Source: Desulfobacteraceae bacterium (GTDB lineage: Bacteria; Desulfobacterota; Desulfobacteria; Desulfobacterales; Desulfobacteraceae). Taken from it: a DNA stretch of 43,382 nt. The notes under the pieces are model-generated. The model was not told the DNA's origin. It did no database searches and saw only the letters and a program-made list of their open reading frames with translations. Below are positions 20,181 to 28,742 of the stretch, in pieces (positions within the stretch are counted from its first letter, which is position 1; each line of letters begins with the position of its first letter). The position numbers were made by a program, and so were the translations under genes. The DNA lies in contig PIVS01000001.1 in the NCBI GenBank assembly GCA_003353855.1, positions 1 to 43,382 of the forward strand. Reading direction: 5' to 3'.

Positions 20181-20579
20181 TTATCCTTTCAGCATGTCAA
20201 GGTATGCTGCCTTGTCCATTAAGTCGTCAAGCGGGGAAGGGTTCTCTGGTTTTACTTTGATGATCCAGCCGCCTTTGTAGCAGTCTTCATTGACCAGCTC
20301 GGGAGCATCCTCAAGATCTTCATTGATTTCAAGGATTTCTCCTGAAATGGGAATATAAACCTCTGATACCGCCTTAACCGATTCCACACTGCCAAATTCG
20401 TCACCCATGGAAAAGGTGTCACCCACTTCGGGCAGTTCAACAAAAACGATTTCGCCAAGTTGATCCTGGGCATAGTCACTAAGGCCTATGGTGACGATAT
20501 CTCCTTCAAGCTTTGCCCATTCATGGTCCTTGGTGTATTTTACATCCTCGGGAAAATTCAGATCGCTAATTTCTTTCAT
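20181..20579 (-). CDS. gcvH: Glycine cleavage system H protein (lipoyl carrier)
   Basis: 132 aa. YTKDHEWAK and the lipoyl-lysine motif VESVKAVSEV. Confidence 0.93.
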   Translation of the reverse strand: MKEISDLNFPEDVKYTKDHEWAKLEGDIVTIGLSDYAQDQLGEIVFVELPEVGDTFSMGDEFGSVESVKAVSEVYIPISGEILEINEDLEDAPELVNEDCYKGGWIIKVKPENPSPLDDLMDKAAYLDMLKG

Positions 20580-20591
20580 AACAGCCTCCTT

Positions 20592-21842
20592 TTAAATAAA
20601 ATTATCAAGTTTCATTCTTGCGGTTCTGTCCGGTCGTATGTCGGTTACAATGGTCACCTCAATGGATCGCTTGCCCTCTTTAAGGCTGAGCTTAACTCCC
20701 GGTTCAAGTGGTTTGGAAACCATGACAAATCCGCAGCTAATTCCTCTTATTTTCAGATCTTCGGGAAGATCCGGGGTGTTGATGCTGACGATTTTATCTG
20801 CCAGCCAGCTAATACCCATATCCGTGGCACAGGTGAGGACCTGACCGATAGTTTCCCGGTTTTCATCCAGAACCAGGGTGGTCTCTCCTGCATTGACCTT
20901 TCTCAGGGTGCCTCCCACAAAGGGATAGACAAACTTGTCATCCTTGGCAGGTGCCAAAGCCTGTGCACCCAGAAACTCTTTGGTATAGCCTTTTTTGTCT
21001 GATGTATAGGGCAGGGCAAAATCCCAGGGGTGGTTCACAAATTTCCAGTGACCGATATCCTGGTGGGACAGAGGCAGGCAGGCCCCGGCCCGAAGGGAGT
21101 CCCTGGCGCCCAGACCACAGGCTGCGATGTCAAATTCGGCACCTGCGGCAAGGGTATCTTTCCACAGGGCTACAATGGCAGCAGGATTCAAAAATATTTC
21201 AAACCCAAACTCTCCGGTATATCCGGATCGGGACAGCAGGATAGGGGTTCCGTCGACAAGGGTAATATTCTCACCATTGAGGGGTTTGTCGGAAAAATGG
21301 CCTTTAAATGAAAAATAGGGCATTTTATTGAAAACAATTTCTGGATTTTTGATGAGCTTTGACAAGATTCTGGCTGAATTTTTTCCCTGGATGTCCATTT
21401 TTGCAACCTTGCCGGATAAATCTTCAACAAGGGCATCCATTTCATTTTTATTGCTGTCAAGATGATTTGCAACAACAGCACCCATGCCAGCATTCACGCA
21501 GACCATAAATTGGGTGGGGGAAAATTTATAGACAATAGCATCATCAATGCAGTGTCCTTGTTCATTCAAAAATGCGCCGTAGACGCACCTTCCTTCCTTT
21601 AAGGAGCTTAGGTCCCTTGTAAAGCAATAATCAAGGAGACCAAAGGAATCCTTACCCTTCACATTGATGCAGGCCATGTGACTTGTGTCAAATATGCCCG
21701 CGGATTTTAAAACAGCCAGGTGCTCATTTTTGACTCCGGTTTCATACCATAGGGGCATGTCAAAACCTCCGAAGTCAGCCATGTTTGCACCGGCTTCCCT
21801 GTGCCATTGATTTAAAGAAGTGGTTTTTAAATAGGTGTTCAT
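20592..21842 (-). CDS. gcvT: Aminomethyltransferase (glycine cleavage T protein), longer than typical
   Basis: N-terminal LKTTSLNQWHREAGANMADFGGFDMPLWY and folate-binding-domain blocks. 416 aa, versus my recollection of about 360-375 aa for typical GcvT. Confidence 0.85.
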   Translation of the reverse strand: MNTYLKTTSLNQWHREAGANMADFGGFDMPLWYETGVKNEHLAVLKSAGIFDTSHMACINVKGKDSFGLLDYCFTRDLSSLKEGRCVYGAFLNEQGHCIDDAIVYKFSPTQFMVCVNAGMGAVVANHLDSNKNEMDALVEDLSGKVAKMDIQGKNSARILSKLIKNPEIVFNKMPYFSFKGHFSDKPLNGENITLVDGTPILLSRSGYTGEFGFEIFLNPAAIVALWKDTLAAGAEFDIAACGLGARDSLRAGACLPLSHQDIGHWKFVNHPWDFALPYTSDKKGYTKEFLGAQALAPAKDDKFVYPFVGGTLRKVNAGETTLVLDENRETIGQVLTCATDMGISWLADKIVSINTPDLPEDLKIRGISCGFVMVSKPLEPGVKLSLKEGKRSIEVTIVTDIRPDRTARMKLDNFI

Positions 21843-21869
21843 GACAGTCTGCCTTTTTAATTTACAGGT

Positions 21870-22313
21870 TTAAAAGATATAGGGAACCTTTAAATTATAG
21901 GATTTGTATACAACAAATGTTTCAACAGAGTTGACTCCCTGGATTTTGGAGATTTCTTCGGTATAAAATTCCAGCAGGCCAAACCCTTTTTTAAACAGAA
22001 CCAGTGTAATTATGTCATACCGCCCCGTCACAACAGATGTTGAAATAACCCCTTTAAGTTTGCTGATTTCTTTGCCTTTTTCCACCAGATTCATTTTCGA
22101 GAGTTTAATGCCGATGATGACAGTTCTGTGACCGGGCAGGGTAGCCGGATCAACCAGTCCGCAGATTTCCAACACCCCTTCTTCCTGGAGTTTATTGACC
22201 CTTGATCTGACTGTATTCTCGGTAATGGCTAGTTTGTCAGCGATGCTTTTAAAGGATTTTTTCCCCTCTTTGAGTTCTCTAATAATATCAATATTGGTCT
22301 CATCGATTTTCAT
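21870..22313 (-). CDS. Lrp/AsnC-family transcriptional regulator
   Basis: 147 aa. N-terminal HTH (IDIIRELKEGKKSFKSIADKLAITENTVRSRVNKLQEEGV) plus a C-terminal RAM/AsnC_trans_reg-type domain. Only 27 nt separate its stop from the gcvT start. Confidence 0.85.
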   Translation of the reverse strand: MKIDETNIDIIRELKEGKKSFKSIADKLAITENTVRSRVNKLQEEGVLEICGLVDPATLPGHRTVIIGIKLSKMNLVEKGKEISKLKGVISTSVVTGRYDIITLVLFKKGFGLLEFYTEEISKIQGVNSVETFVVYKSYNLKVPYIF

Positions 22314-22536
22314 ACAGCCTCTTTTTTTTAGCTAAAAAATTCATGGAAAGACTAATTTAATTAAATTAACTTGATAAATACCCTATGATAATGATAATGT
22401 CAAATATTTTTTAGAAAACTCATGGAAATACAAATTTTATTTAATAAAATTAATGAAAAACCCTTTTAAAGTGAAATAAATTCGTAAATAATGAATGTTT
22501 TAATAGGAATAAAAATTGAAGGGAGGAGCGAGAAGG

Positions 22537-23982
22537 ATGTCTGAAAAAATTATTATTATTGGCGGAGGCCCGGGGGGATATATTGCAGCAATACGCGCAG
22601 CGGCCCTTGGCGGAGCGGTAACCCTGATTGAAAAGGAAAATTTGGGCGGCACCTGCCTTAACTGGGGATGTATCCCGTCCAAGATTATGAAAAATTCGGC
22701 AGACCTGTTTTTAAAATGCCTGAAAGCTGGCTCGTTGGGTATCAGCATTGAAGGAAAGATCACACCTGACATGGGAGTTCTCATGGCGCGGAAGGAAAAG
22801 ATTCTTTCCAGCCAGAGAAAGGGGATAGCCTCATTATTGCAAAGTAAAGGCATCACTATTGAAACAGGGTTTGGGACAATTAAATCTGAAGGGCTGGTTG
22901 AGCTGACCCGGGGCGACGGCGAGAAAATTGATTTGGCTTTTGATAAACTGATCATTGCCGTGGGCACCAAACCCATGAATGTGCCTGATTTTCCCTTTGA
23001 TCATGAAAAAATTCTCTCTTCCAATGATATTCTTGTTCTGGACAAAATTCCAAGCTCAATGACCATTGTCGGCGGCGGGGTGATCGGCTGTGAATTTGCC
23101 TTTATTTTTTCCGCATTGGGGTGTGATGTGACAATTGTAGAGGCCATGTCGCGCCTGCTGCCCCTGCCATCCGTGGATGAGACCTGTTCAAAATTGCTCC
23201 TGCGGGAGATGAAAAAACACAAGATAAAAGTGATCTGTGATACCATTGTCACCAAAGCCGATACAACAGGAGAAGGGGTAGGGATATCCCTTGCAGTCAG
23301 TCCCTTTACCGATAACCCCAAGCCTAAAAAGTTAAAAAATGATCGACTTGAATCTGATATCATGGCAGTTTGCATCGGCAGAACTCCATTGTCAGAAGGG
23401 CTTGGCCTTGAAAATATCAATGTGACCACCCAGGGTCCGGGATGGATAACCGCCAATAAGCAAATGGAAACCTCTGTGGAAAATGTTTATGCCATTGGAG
23501 ATATACTGGGGCCAGACAAAATCATGCTGGCACATGTGGCTTCCCATGAAGGGCTTGTGGCAGCCCAAAATGCCATGAAACCGAAAACTGCCCCAAAATC
23601 AACCATGGGTTATGACGTGGTGCCGGGTGCGATTTTCACCATGCCTGAGATCGGCACTGTGGGGTTGAGCGAAAAACAAGCCCTTTCCAACGGCTTTGAA
23701 GTGGAGACGGCAAGCGTCAACTTCAGGGTTCTTGGAAAGGCCCAGGCCATTGATGAAATTGCAGGGGAGGCCAAGATGATCATTGAAAAGAAAACCAAGA
23801 AAGTGCTGGGCGTTCATCTGATCGGGCCCCATGCCACGGATCTCATTGCTGAAGCGACCCTGGCCATGGAAAAGGGGCTGACCTCAGATGAAATCGCCCA
23901 TACCATCCATGCCCATCCCACCCTGGCGGAAATTATGGGAGAGGTGGCATCTAAAGCCTCGGGCATGCCACTCCACGGATAA
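22537..23982 (+). CDS. lpdA: Dihydrolipoyl dehydrogenase (E3 / L protein)
   Basis: Start set at ATG 22537 (MSEKIIIIGGGPGGY), 8 nt after GGGAGGAG; the track ORF begins at an upstream TTG. Redox-active disulfide GGTCLNWGCIPSK and a C-terminal HAHPTLAE interface motif. Confidence 0.9.
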   Translation: MSEKIIIIGGGPGGYIAAIRAAALGGAVTLIEKENLGGTCLNWGCIPSKIMKNSADLFLKCLKAGSLGISIEGKITPDMGVLMARKEKILSSQRKGIASLLQSKGITIETGFGTIKSEGLVELTRGDGEKIDLAFDKLIIAVGTKPMNVPDFPFDHEKILSSNDILVLDKIPSSMTIVGGGVIGCEFAFIFSALGCDVTIVEAMSRLLPLPSVDETCSKLLLREMKKHKIKVICDTIVTKADTTGEGVGISLAVSPFTDNPKPKKLKNDRLESDIMAVCIGRTPLSEGLGLENINVTTQGPGWITANKQMETSVENVYAIGDILGPDKIMLAHVASHEGLVAAQNAMKPKTAPKSTMGYDVVPGAIFTMPEIGTVGLSEKQALSNGFEVETASVNFRVLGKAQAIDEIAGEAKMIIEKKTKKVLGVHLIGPHATDLIAEATLAMEKGLTSDEIAHTIHAHPTLAEIMGEVASKASGMPLHG

Positions 23983-24015
23983 GCATCCTCGGCAAACAAA
24001 GTGTTCTCTTTGGAT

Positions 24016-24056
24016 AAAAAGAGGTCCGGTCCCATAAAATCCGGACCTCTTTTTAT
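24016..24056. terminator. Rho-independent-type hairpin after lpd
   Basis: AAAAAGAGGTCCGG-(tcccataaaat)-CCGGACCTCTTTTT. Perfect 10+ bp GC-rich stem flanked by an A-run and a T-run, so potentially bidirectional. Confidence 0.75.
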
Positions 24057-24319
24057 AAATTGATAAGTCTGTTTCAATTTTCTAATTTTGTCTTTGAGTT
24101 TCATTTGCCTTTCTATCAGCGTATTTTTTTTCAGCCGTACTTCTCTAATATATTCCGCCAATACATAGGGGTGTATTTTCCTCAGTTTCCTAGGTGTTCA
24201 CCCCGGGATTCATATCTTATTGTCTGGACCTTTTTTACAAATATTGTTAAATTTTATCTTTGTGCATCAAAACAGGTATGATTGGATGGGGTAAATAATT
24301 TGGAAAAGGGCATTGAGGC

Positions 24320-27300
24320 ATGAATAGATTAAGGGCGTTAATAAGGTTTTGGGTGTTGGGGATAATGTTTTTTACCCTCTTGTCTCAAACCGGTTCCAAT
24401 GCCCTTGCCGACACCATTATCCAGGAGAGACATCCAACTTCTCTTAAAATTGCCGATTGCCGATATATGCCTTTTTATTTTGAGGGAGGGGAAATAGAAT
24501 CAAAGATGTGGCGCCCCTATACAGGGAAACTAGTGATTGCTGCAAGTATTGATAATATGCCCTTTCATTTCAGGGATGAGGCAGGAAAGGCCGTGGGTAT
24601 GTTTGTGGACTTGTGGAAATTGTGGTCCAGAAAAACAGGCATCAATATTGAGTTTGTAACAGTCCCCTGGGCTGAAAGCCTGGAATTGGTTAAAACCGGA
24701 AAAGCTGATATCCATGCAGGCTGTTTTTTTTCAGTTCAGCGGGATACTTACCTTGATTATGCCGGAGAATTGAGAAATTGTGAGACCCATTTCTTTTTCC
24801 ATGAGTCCATTTTTGGGTTAAAAAATATTGAGGACCTTAGGGGGTTTAAAATAGGTGTATTAAACCAGGACTATGCTGTGGAGTTTGTAAACCGTAAACT
24901 GCCCGATGCTGCCCTGGAAAAATATGACAGCCACCAGGACTTGTTCAATGGGGTGGAAAAGGGAGAGATCAAGGTTTTTATCTGTGATACCCCTACGGCC
25001 CTGTATTTTTTAAGCAAAAAAAAATTGCTTTCAAATTTTCGTTACCATCCTGCCAATCCCTTATACCGCAAACCTTTTTTTGCGGCAGTTAAAGAGGGGA
25101 ACACTCCCCTGGTAAAGATTATTAACAAAGGTCTTGGTGCGATTACGTTCGAAGAGCGGGCTGCCATTAAGCGCCAATGGAATGGGGCTGCGGATATCAA
25201 ACCCAGGGATGTCATTATTATTGGCCTTACCCAGTCTTTTTCTCCCTTTAGCATGCGCAATGCAGCGGGAAGGCCTTCCGGGCTGTTTGTCGACATGTGG
25301 AAGGCCTGGTCTGAGAATACCGGCCGACCTGTTTCCTTCCGATTGTACAACAGGGCAGAGGCCATCAATGCACTAAAGGATGGGATAGTGGATGTGCTGG
25401 CAAAACTGCCGCCATTGGAACAGGTAAAAGGATGGGTTAGTGATTCAATCCCCTATTACCGCCTTGACTGGTACTTGTACAATGTACAAAATCAGTCGGT
25501 TTTGGATTCAAAATCTGATTTGGCCGACTTCCCCATTGGAGCAGTGACACATACCACTGCCCATGATTGGCTTCAAATTAATAAACCCGCCGCCCGGATT
25601 ATTGGATTTGAAACCACAGAGCAATTGATCCAGGCCGGGGCAGATGGAACCATTCAGGCATTTTTAGCCACGCCCCAGGAAATGTCTATTCTGCCTGGCC
25701 GTCTCGGCCTGCCCGGAGAATTTGTTCAAAGTGAACATCCCCTGATCCGGCAACAGGTAAGGGCCGGGGTTCGTCATTATAATCCTGATTTGATACAGGC
25801 CATTGACAAGGGATTTGATAATTTTTCCCATTCAAAAATGGTTCAAATTGAGAAAAGATGGATAGGGGAGGAAAGCCTAAGATTTTTTAGCAGCAGAAAT
25901 GAGAAGGTGCTTTTATCAGCCCGGGAAGAAAAATGGCTGGCCCGGCATCATCAGTCAGGCATTCCCATCCGTTTGGGTATCAATCCCTCCTGGCCGCCCT
26001 TTGAATTTATGGGAAAGGATGATCTGTTCATGGGCATGGTTTCCGACTATGTTGCGATCTTAAATCATCGACTGGGATTGAATATGGAAGTGGTACAGGG
26101 ACTGGGGCTGCCCCAGGTTTTGAAAGGTGCTGATCCTTTGTCCGGAAAAATAGATGCGCTTCCCTCGGCCTTGTCCTTTGGGAATAAAAAAGAATATATG
26201 GCCTATACACAACCCTATCTCTCCTTTCCCTGGGTCATTATTAATAAGCGTCAGGCTCCCTTGATCGGCGGATTGCTGGATCTTAATGGAAAAAGACTGG
26301 CTATTGTGGATACATATACCCTGGCCGCCCATATAGAAAAAAAATATCCCAAGATCGTGCTTTTGCCAGTTGAGTCAACCATGGAGGGACTTGAGGCTGT
26401 GTCCTCCGGCCGGGCAGATGCCTACGTGGGAAATCTGGCCGTGGCTGGTTACCAGATGCAGCCAAAAAATTTTACCGGGCTTAAGGTTGCAGCTTCCACT
26501 GATTTTGATAACAGCGGGCTTACCTTTGCCGTGAGAAAGGATTGGCCTGAGCTTGTCAGCATTCTGGATAAGGGCCTTTTATCTATTACCGAACAGGAAC
26601 AGGAGCATATCCGGCAAAAATGGTTTTCAGTCCGGTTTGAGCATGGGGTGGACATGGTCTATCTCCAGGGGCTTATCTTTAAAATCGGATTGGGTGGGTT
26701 GGTGGTTCTGGGGCTGTTCTTTTTTTGGAATCGTCAGATTCGGCGACGGGAAGAACGGTTTAGGTGCCTGACCGAGCATGGTACTGATATTATCCAGGCA
26801 ATTTTACCCGACGGGTCTATTGTCTACCAGAGTCCTTCACACACAACCATATTGGGATATGAACCAAACAGGCTCAAGGGAACCCATTTTCTTGAGTTGA
26901 TCCATCCCGCAGATGCCGATCTCTGGCAGACCATGCTCAAACGGCTCATGGAAAGTGATGGCATGGAATCCATTGTGCTGAGATTCCGCCATTCCAAGGG
27001 GCACTATCTTTTTTTTGAGTCCAATTGTATTAATTTAACCGGGAATAAAGCCTTAAAAGCAATCGTGATGAATGGCCGGGATATCACCGATCGTATCACC
27101 AGCCAAAAGGAGATGAAAAAAGCCAAGGAGACAGCCGAGGCGGCCAACCAAAGCAAAAGTGATTTTCTGGCCAGCCTGAGCCATGAAATCCGGACTCCTT
27201 TGAATGCCATCCTGGGAATGACGGATATGACACTTAAAACGCAACTGACCAGTCACCAGGGGAAAAATCTCAACACTGTCAGGGAGTCGGCCAGCCATCT

Positions 27301-28741
27301 TTTAGATGTTATCAGTGACATCCTGGATTTTTCAACCATTGAAGCCGGTAAAATGCGGATTAAACCCCAATCGTTTAATTTGATTGAACTTCTGGACACA
27401 CTGGAACATTCCTGGTCCCTCCAGGCAAAAGTAAAGGGACTGGGGTTCAGCTTTCATAAAGAGGAGGGGATACCGGTTTGTGTAAAATCCGATCCCATAC
27501 GCCTTTTTCAGGTTTTGAACAATCTTATTGCAAATGCACTTAAGTTCACACATGAAGGGAATATTTCAATTCATGTGGACCTTTGTAAAAGTGATGGGGA
27601 CCCGATTTCCAAAGGATTGGTAAAAGAAGGACCGGTAAAAAAGTCTCAACACATTTATCTATCCTTTAAGATCCGGGATACAGGAATTGGTATTGATCAG
27701 GATCAGCTGGAAAATATTTTTCATAGGTTTACCCAGGCCCAGGGGTCCATTACCAGGGAATATGGGGGAACAGGTCTTGGTCTTGCCATATGCCGGGAAG
27801 TAGCACTGCTTTTGGGCGGGGGGTTGACGGTAACGAGCCAACCCATGGAGGGAAGCTGTTTTACTCTGGTCATGCCCTTTGAACCGGTTTTTGAATTGAA
27901 AAAAGTCAGATGCGTACCAGAGGTGCCAGGAGGAGCAGGCTCCATTTTTAAAGCAAAAAAAACAGATTCTTCTTTTCCGCTGACACTGCTGCTGGCGGAA
28001 GATGATCCCTTGAATGCCAGGGTATTCCAGGAATTTCTCCTGGATAAATCATACAAAATAATCCGGGCAAAGGATGGAATTCAGGTCATGGAGTGTTTGA
28101 GAGTAAATAAGATTGACATGGTTTTCATGGACATAGAGATGCCACGTCTGGACGGGTTATCAGCCACCAAAAAAATTCGCAAAGGGGAGGCTGGCATTGA
28201 AAACCGAGATGTCCCGGTTATTGCCATGACCGCCCATGTGCTGGAAGAATTCAGGCAAAAAGCCAGGGCGGCGGGCATGAACGATTTTATTCCCAAACCC
28301 GTGGATGCGGGTTGGCTTTACGGGATAATTGAACTATACCGCCCCCAGGATAAGCTCCTGGTAGCTGCGGATTCGGGAATGTTGGACAGGGAGGGGGGGG
28401 TAACAGCCCTGGGAGGAAATGAACTGCTGCTTGCAAGGATCTATGAGATTTTTATTGGGGAAACCCCTGTCCTCATGGAAAAACTTGAACAGGCACTTAA
28501 TAAAAAAGATGCCCAGGATGTATATCTTATGGCCCATACCTTGAAGGGGGCCGGGGCAAGGATTTATGCTCCCCTGTGTACCCAGGCGGCAAAGGAACTT
28601 GAAACCCTTGCCCCAACGGAAGACTGGGAAAAAATTATCGCTTCGACTGAGAAGGTTTTAAGCGATTTTGGGAACCTGATAGAAATTTTAACCCCGGACC
28701 CGGACCAGAACCCGGATCAGGTCAATAAAGAGGAAACTTAA
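24320..28741 (+). CDS. BvgS-like hybrid sensor histidine kinase: signal peptide, 3x periplasmic solute-binding (SBP_bac_3/VFT) domains, TM, PAS, HisKA, HATPase, REC, HPt
   Basis: 1473 aa. Three successive blocks each end in a ..I(K/R)(R/Q)(Q/K)W junction (AIKRQW, IEKRW, IRQKWF). TM LIFKIGLGGLVVLGLFFFW. H-box SHEIRTPLNAI, G-boxes DTGIGI / GGTGLGLAI, receiver LLLAEDD...FMDIEMPRLDG...KP, HPt motif HTLKGAGARI. Confidence 0.9.
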   Translation: MNRLRALIRFWVLGIMFFTLLSQTGSNALADTIIQERHPTSLKIADCRYMPFYFEGGEIESKMWRPYTGKLVIAASIDNMPFHFRDEAGKAVGMFVDLWKLWSRKTGINIEFVTVPWAESLELVKTGKADIHAGCFFSVQRDTYLDYAGELRNCETHFFFHESIFGLKNIEDLRGFKIGVLNQDYAVEFVNRKLPDAALEKYDSHQDLFNGVEKGEIKVFICDTPTALYFLSKKKLLSNFRYHPANPLYRKPFFAAVKEGNTPLVKIINKGLGAITFEERAAIKRQWNGAADIKPRDVIIIGLTQSFSPFSMRNAAGRPSGLFVDMWKAWSENTGRPVSFRLYNRAEAINALKDGIVDVLAKLPPLEQVKGWVSDSIPYYRLDWYLYNVQNQSVLDSKSDLADFPIGAVTHTTAHDWLQINKPAARIIGFETTEQLIQAGADGTIQAFLATPQEMSILPGRLGLPGEFVQSEHPLIRQQVRAGVRHYNPDLIQAIDKGFDNFSHSKMVQIEKRWIGEESLRFFSSRNEKVLLSAREEKWLARHHQSGIPIRLGINPSWPPFEFMGKDDLFMGMVSDYVAILNHRLGLNMEVVQGLGLPQVLKGADPLSGKIDALPSALSFGNKKEYMAYTQPYLSFPWVIINKRQAPLIGGLLDLNGKRLAIVDTYTLAAHIEKKYPKIVLLPVESTMEGLEAVSSGRADAYVGNLAVAGYQMQPKNFTGLKVAASTDFDNSGLTFAVRKDWPELVSILDKGLLSITEQEQEHIRQKWFSVRFEHGVDMVYLQGLIFKIGLGGLVVLGLFFFWNRQIRRREERFRCLTEHGTDIIQAILPDGSIVYQSPSHTTILGYEPNRLKGTHFLELIHPADADLWQTMLKRLMESDGMESIVLRFRHSKGHYLFFESNCINLTGNKALKAIVMNGRDITDRITSQKEMKKAKETAEAANQSKSDFLASLSHEIRTPLNAILGMTDMTLKTQLTSHQGKNLNTVRESASHLLDVISDILDFSTIEAGKMRIKPQSFNLIELLDTLEHSWSLQAKVKGLGFSFHKEEGIPVCVKSDPIRLFQVLNNLIANALKFTHEGNISIHVDLCKSDGDPISKGLVKEGPVKKSQHIYLSFKIRDTGIGIDQDQLENIFHRFTQAQGSITREYGGTGLGLAICREVALLLGGGLTVTSQPMEGSCFTLVMPFEPVFELKKVRCVPEVPGGAGSIFKAKKTDSSFPLTLLLAEDDPLNARVFQEFLLDKSYKIIRAKDGIQVMECLRVNKIDMVFMDIEMPRLDGLSATKKIRKGEAGIENRDVPVIAMTAHVLEEFRQKARAAGMNDFIPKPVDAGWLYGIIELYRPQDKLLVAADSGMLDREGGVTALGGNELLLARIYEIFIGETPVLMEKLEQALNKKDAQDVYLMAHTLKGAGARIYAPLCTQAAKELETLAPTEDWEKIIASTEKVLSDFGNLIEILTPDPDQNPDQVNKEET

Positions 28742-28742
28742 G

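Noticed and set aside
21843-21869. Glycine riboswitch upstream of gcvT.
   Set aside because: Only 27 nt separate gcvT from the upstream lrp-type gene, so there is no room for the roughly 100-200 nt aptamer(s). Nothing riboswitch-like was seen upstream of the lrp gene either.
23814-24161. 115-aa minus-strand ORF spanning the lpd 3' end and terminator.
   Set aside because: It overlaps the lpd coding region antisense and runs through the strong hairpin terminator. There are no recognisable motifs.
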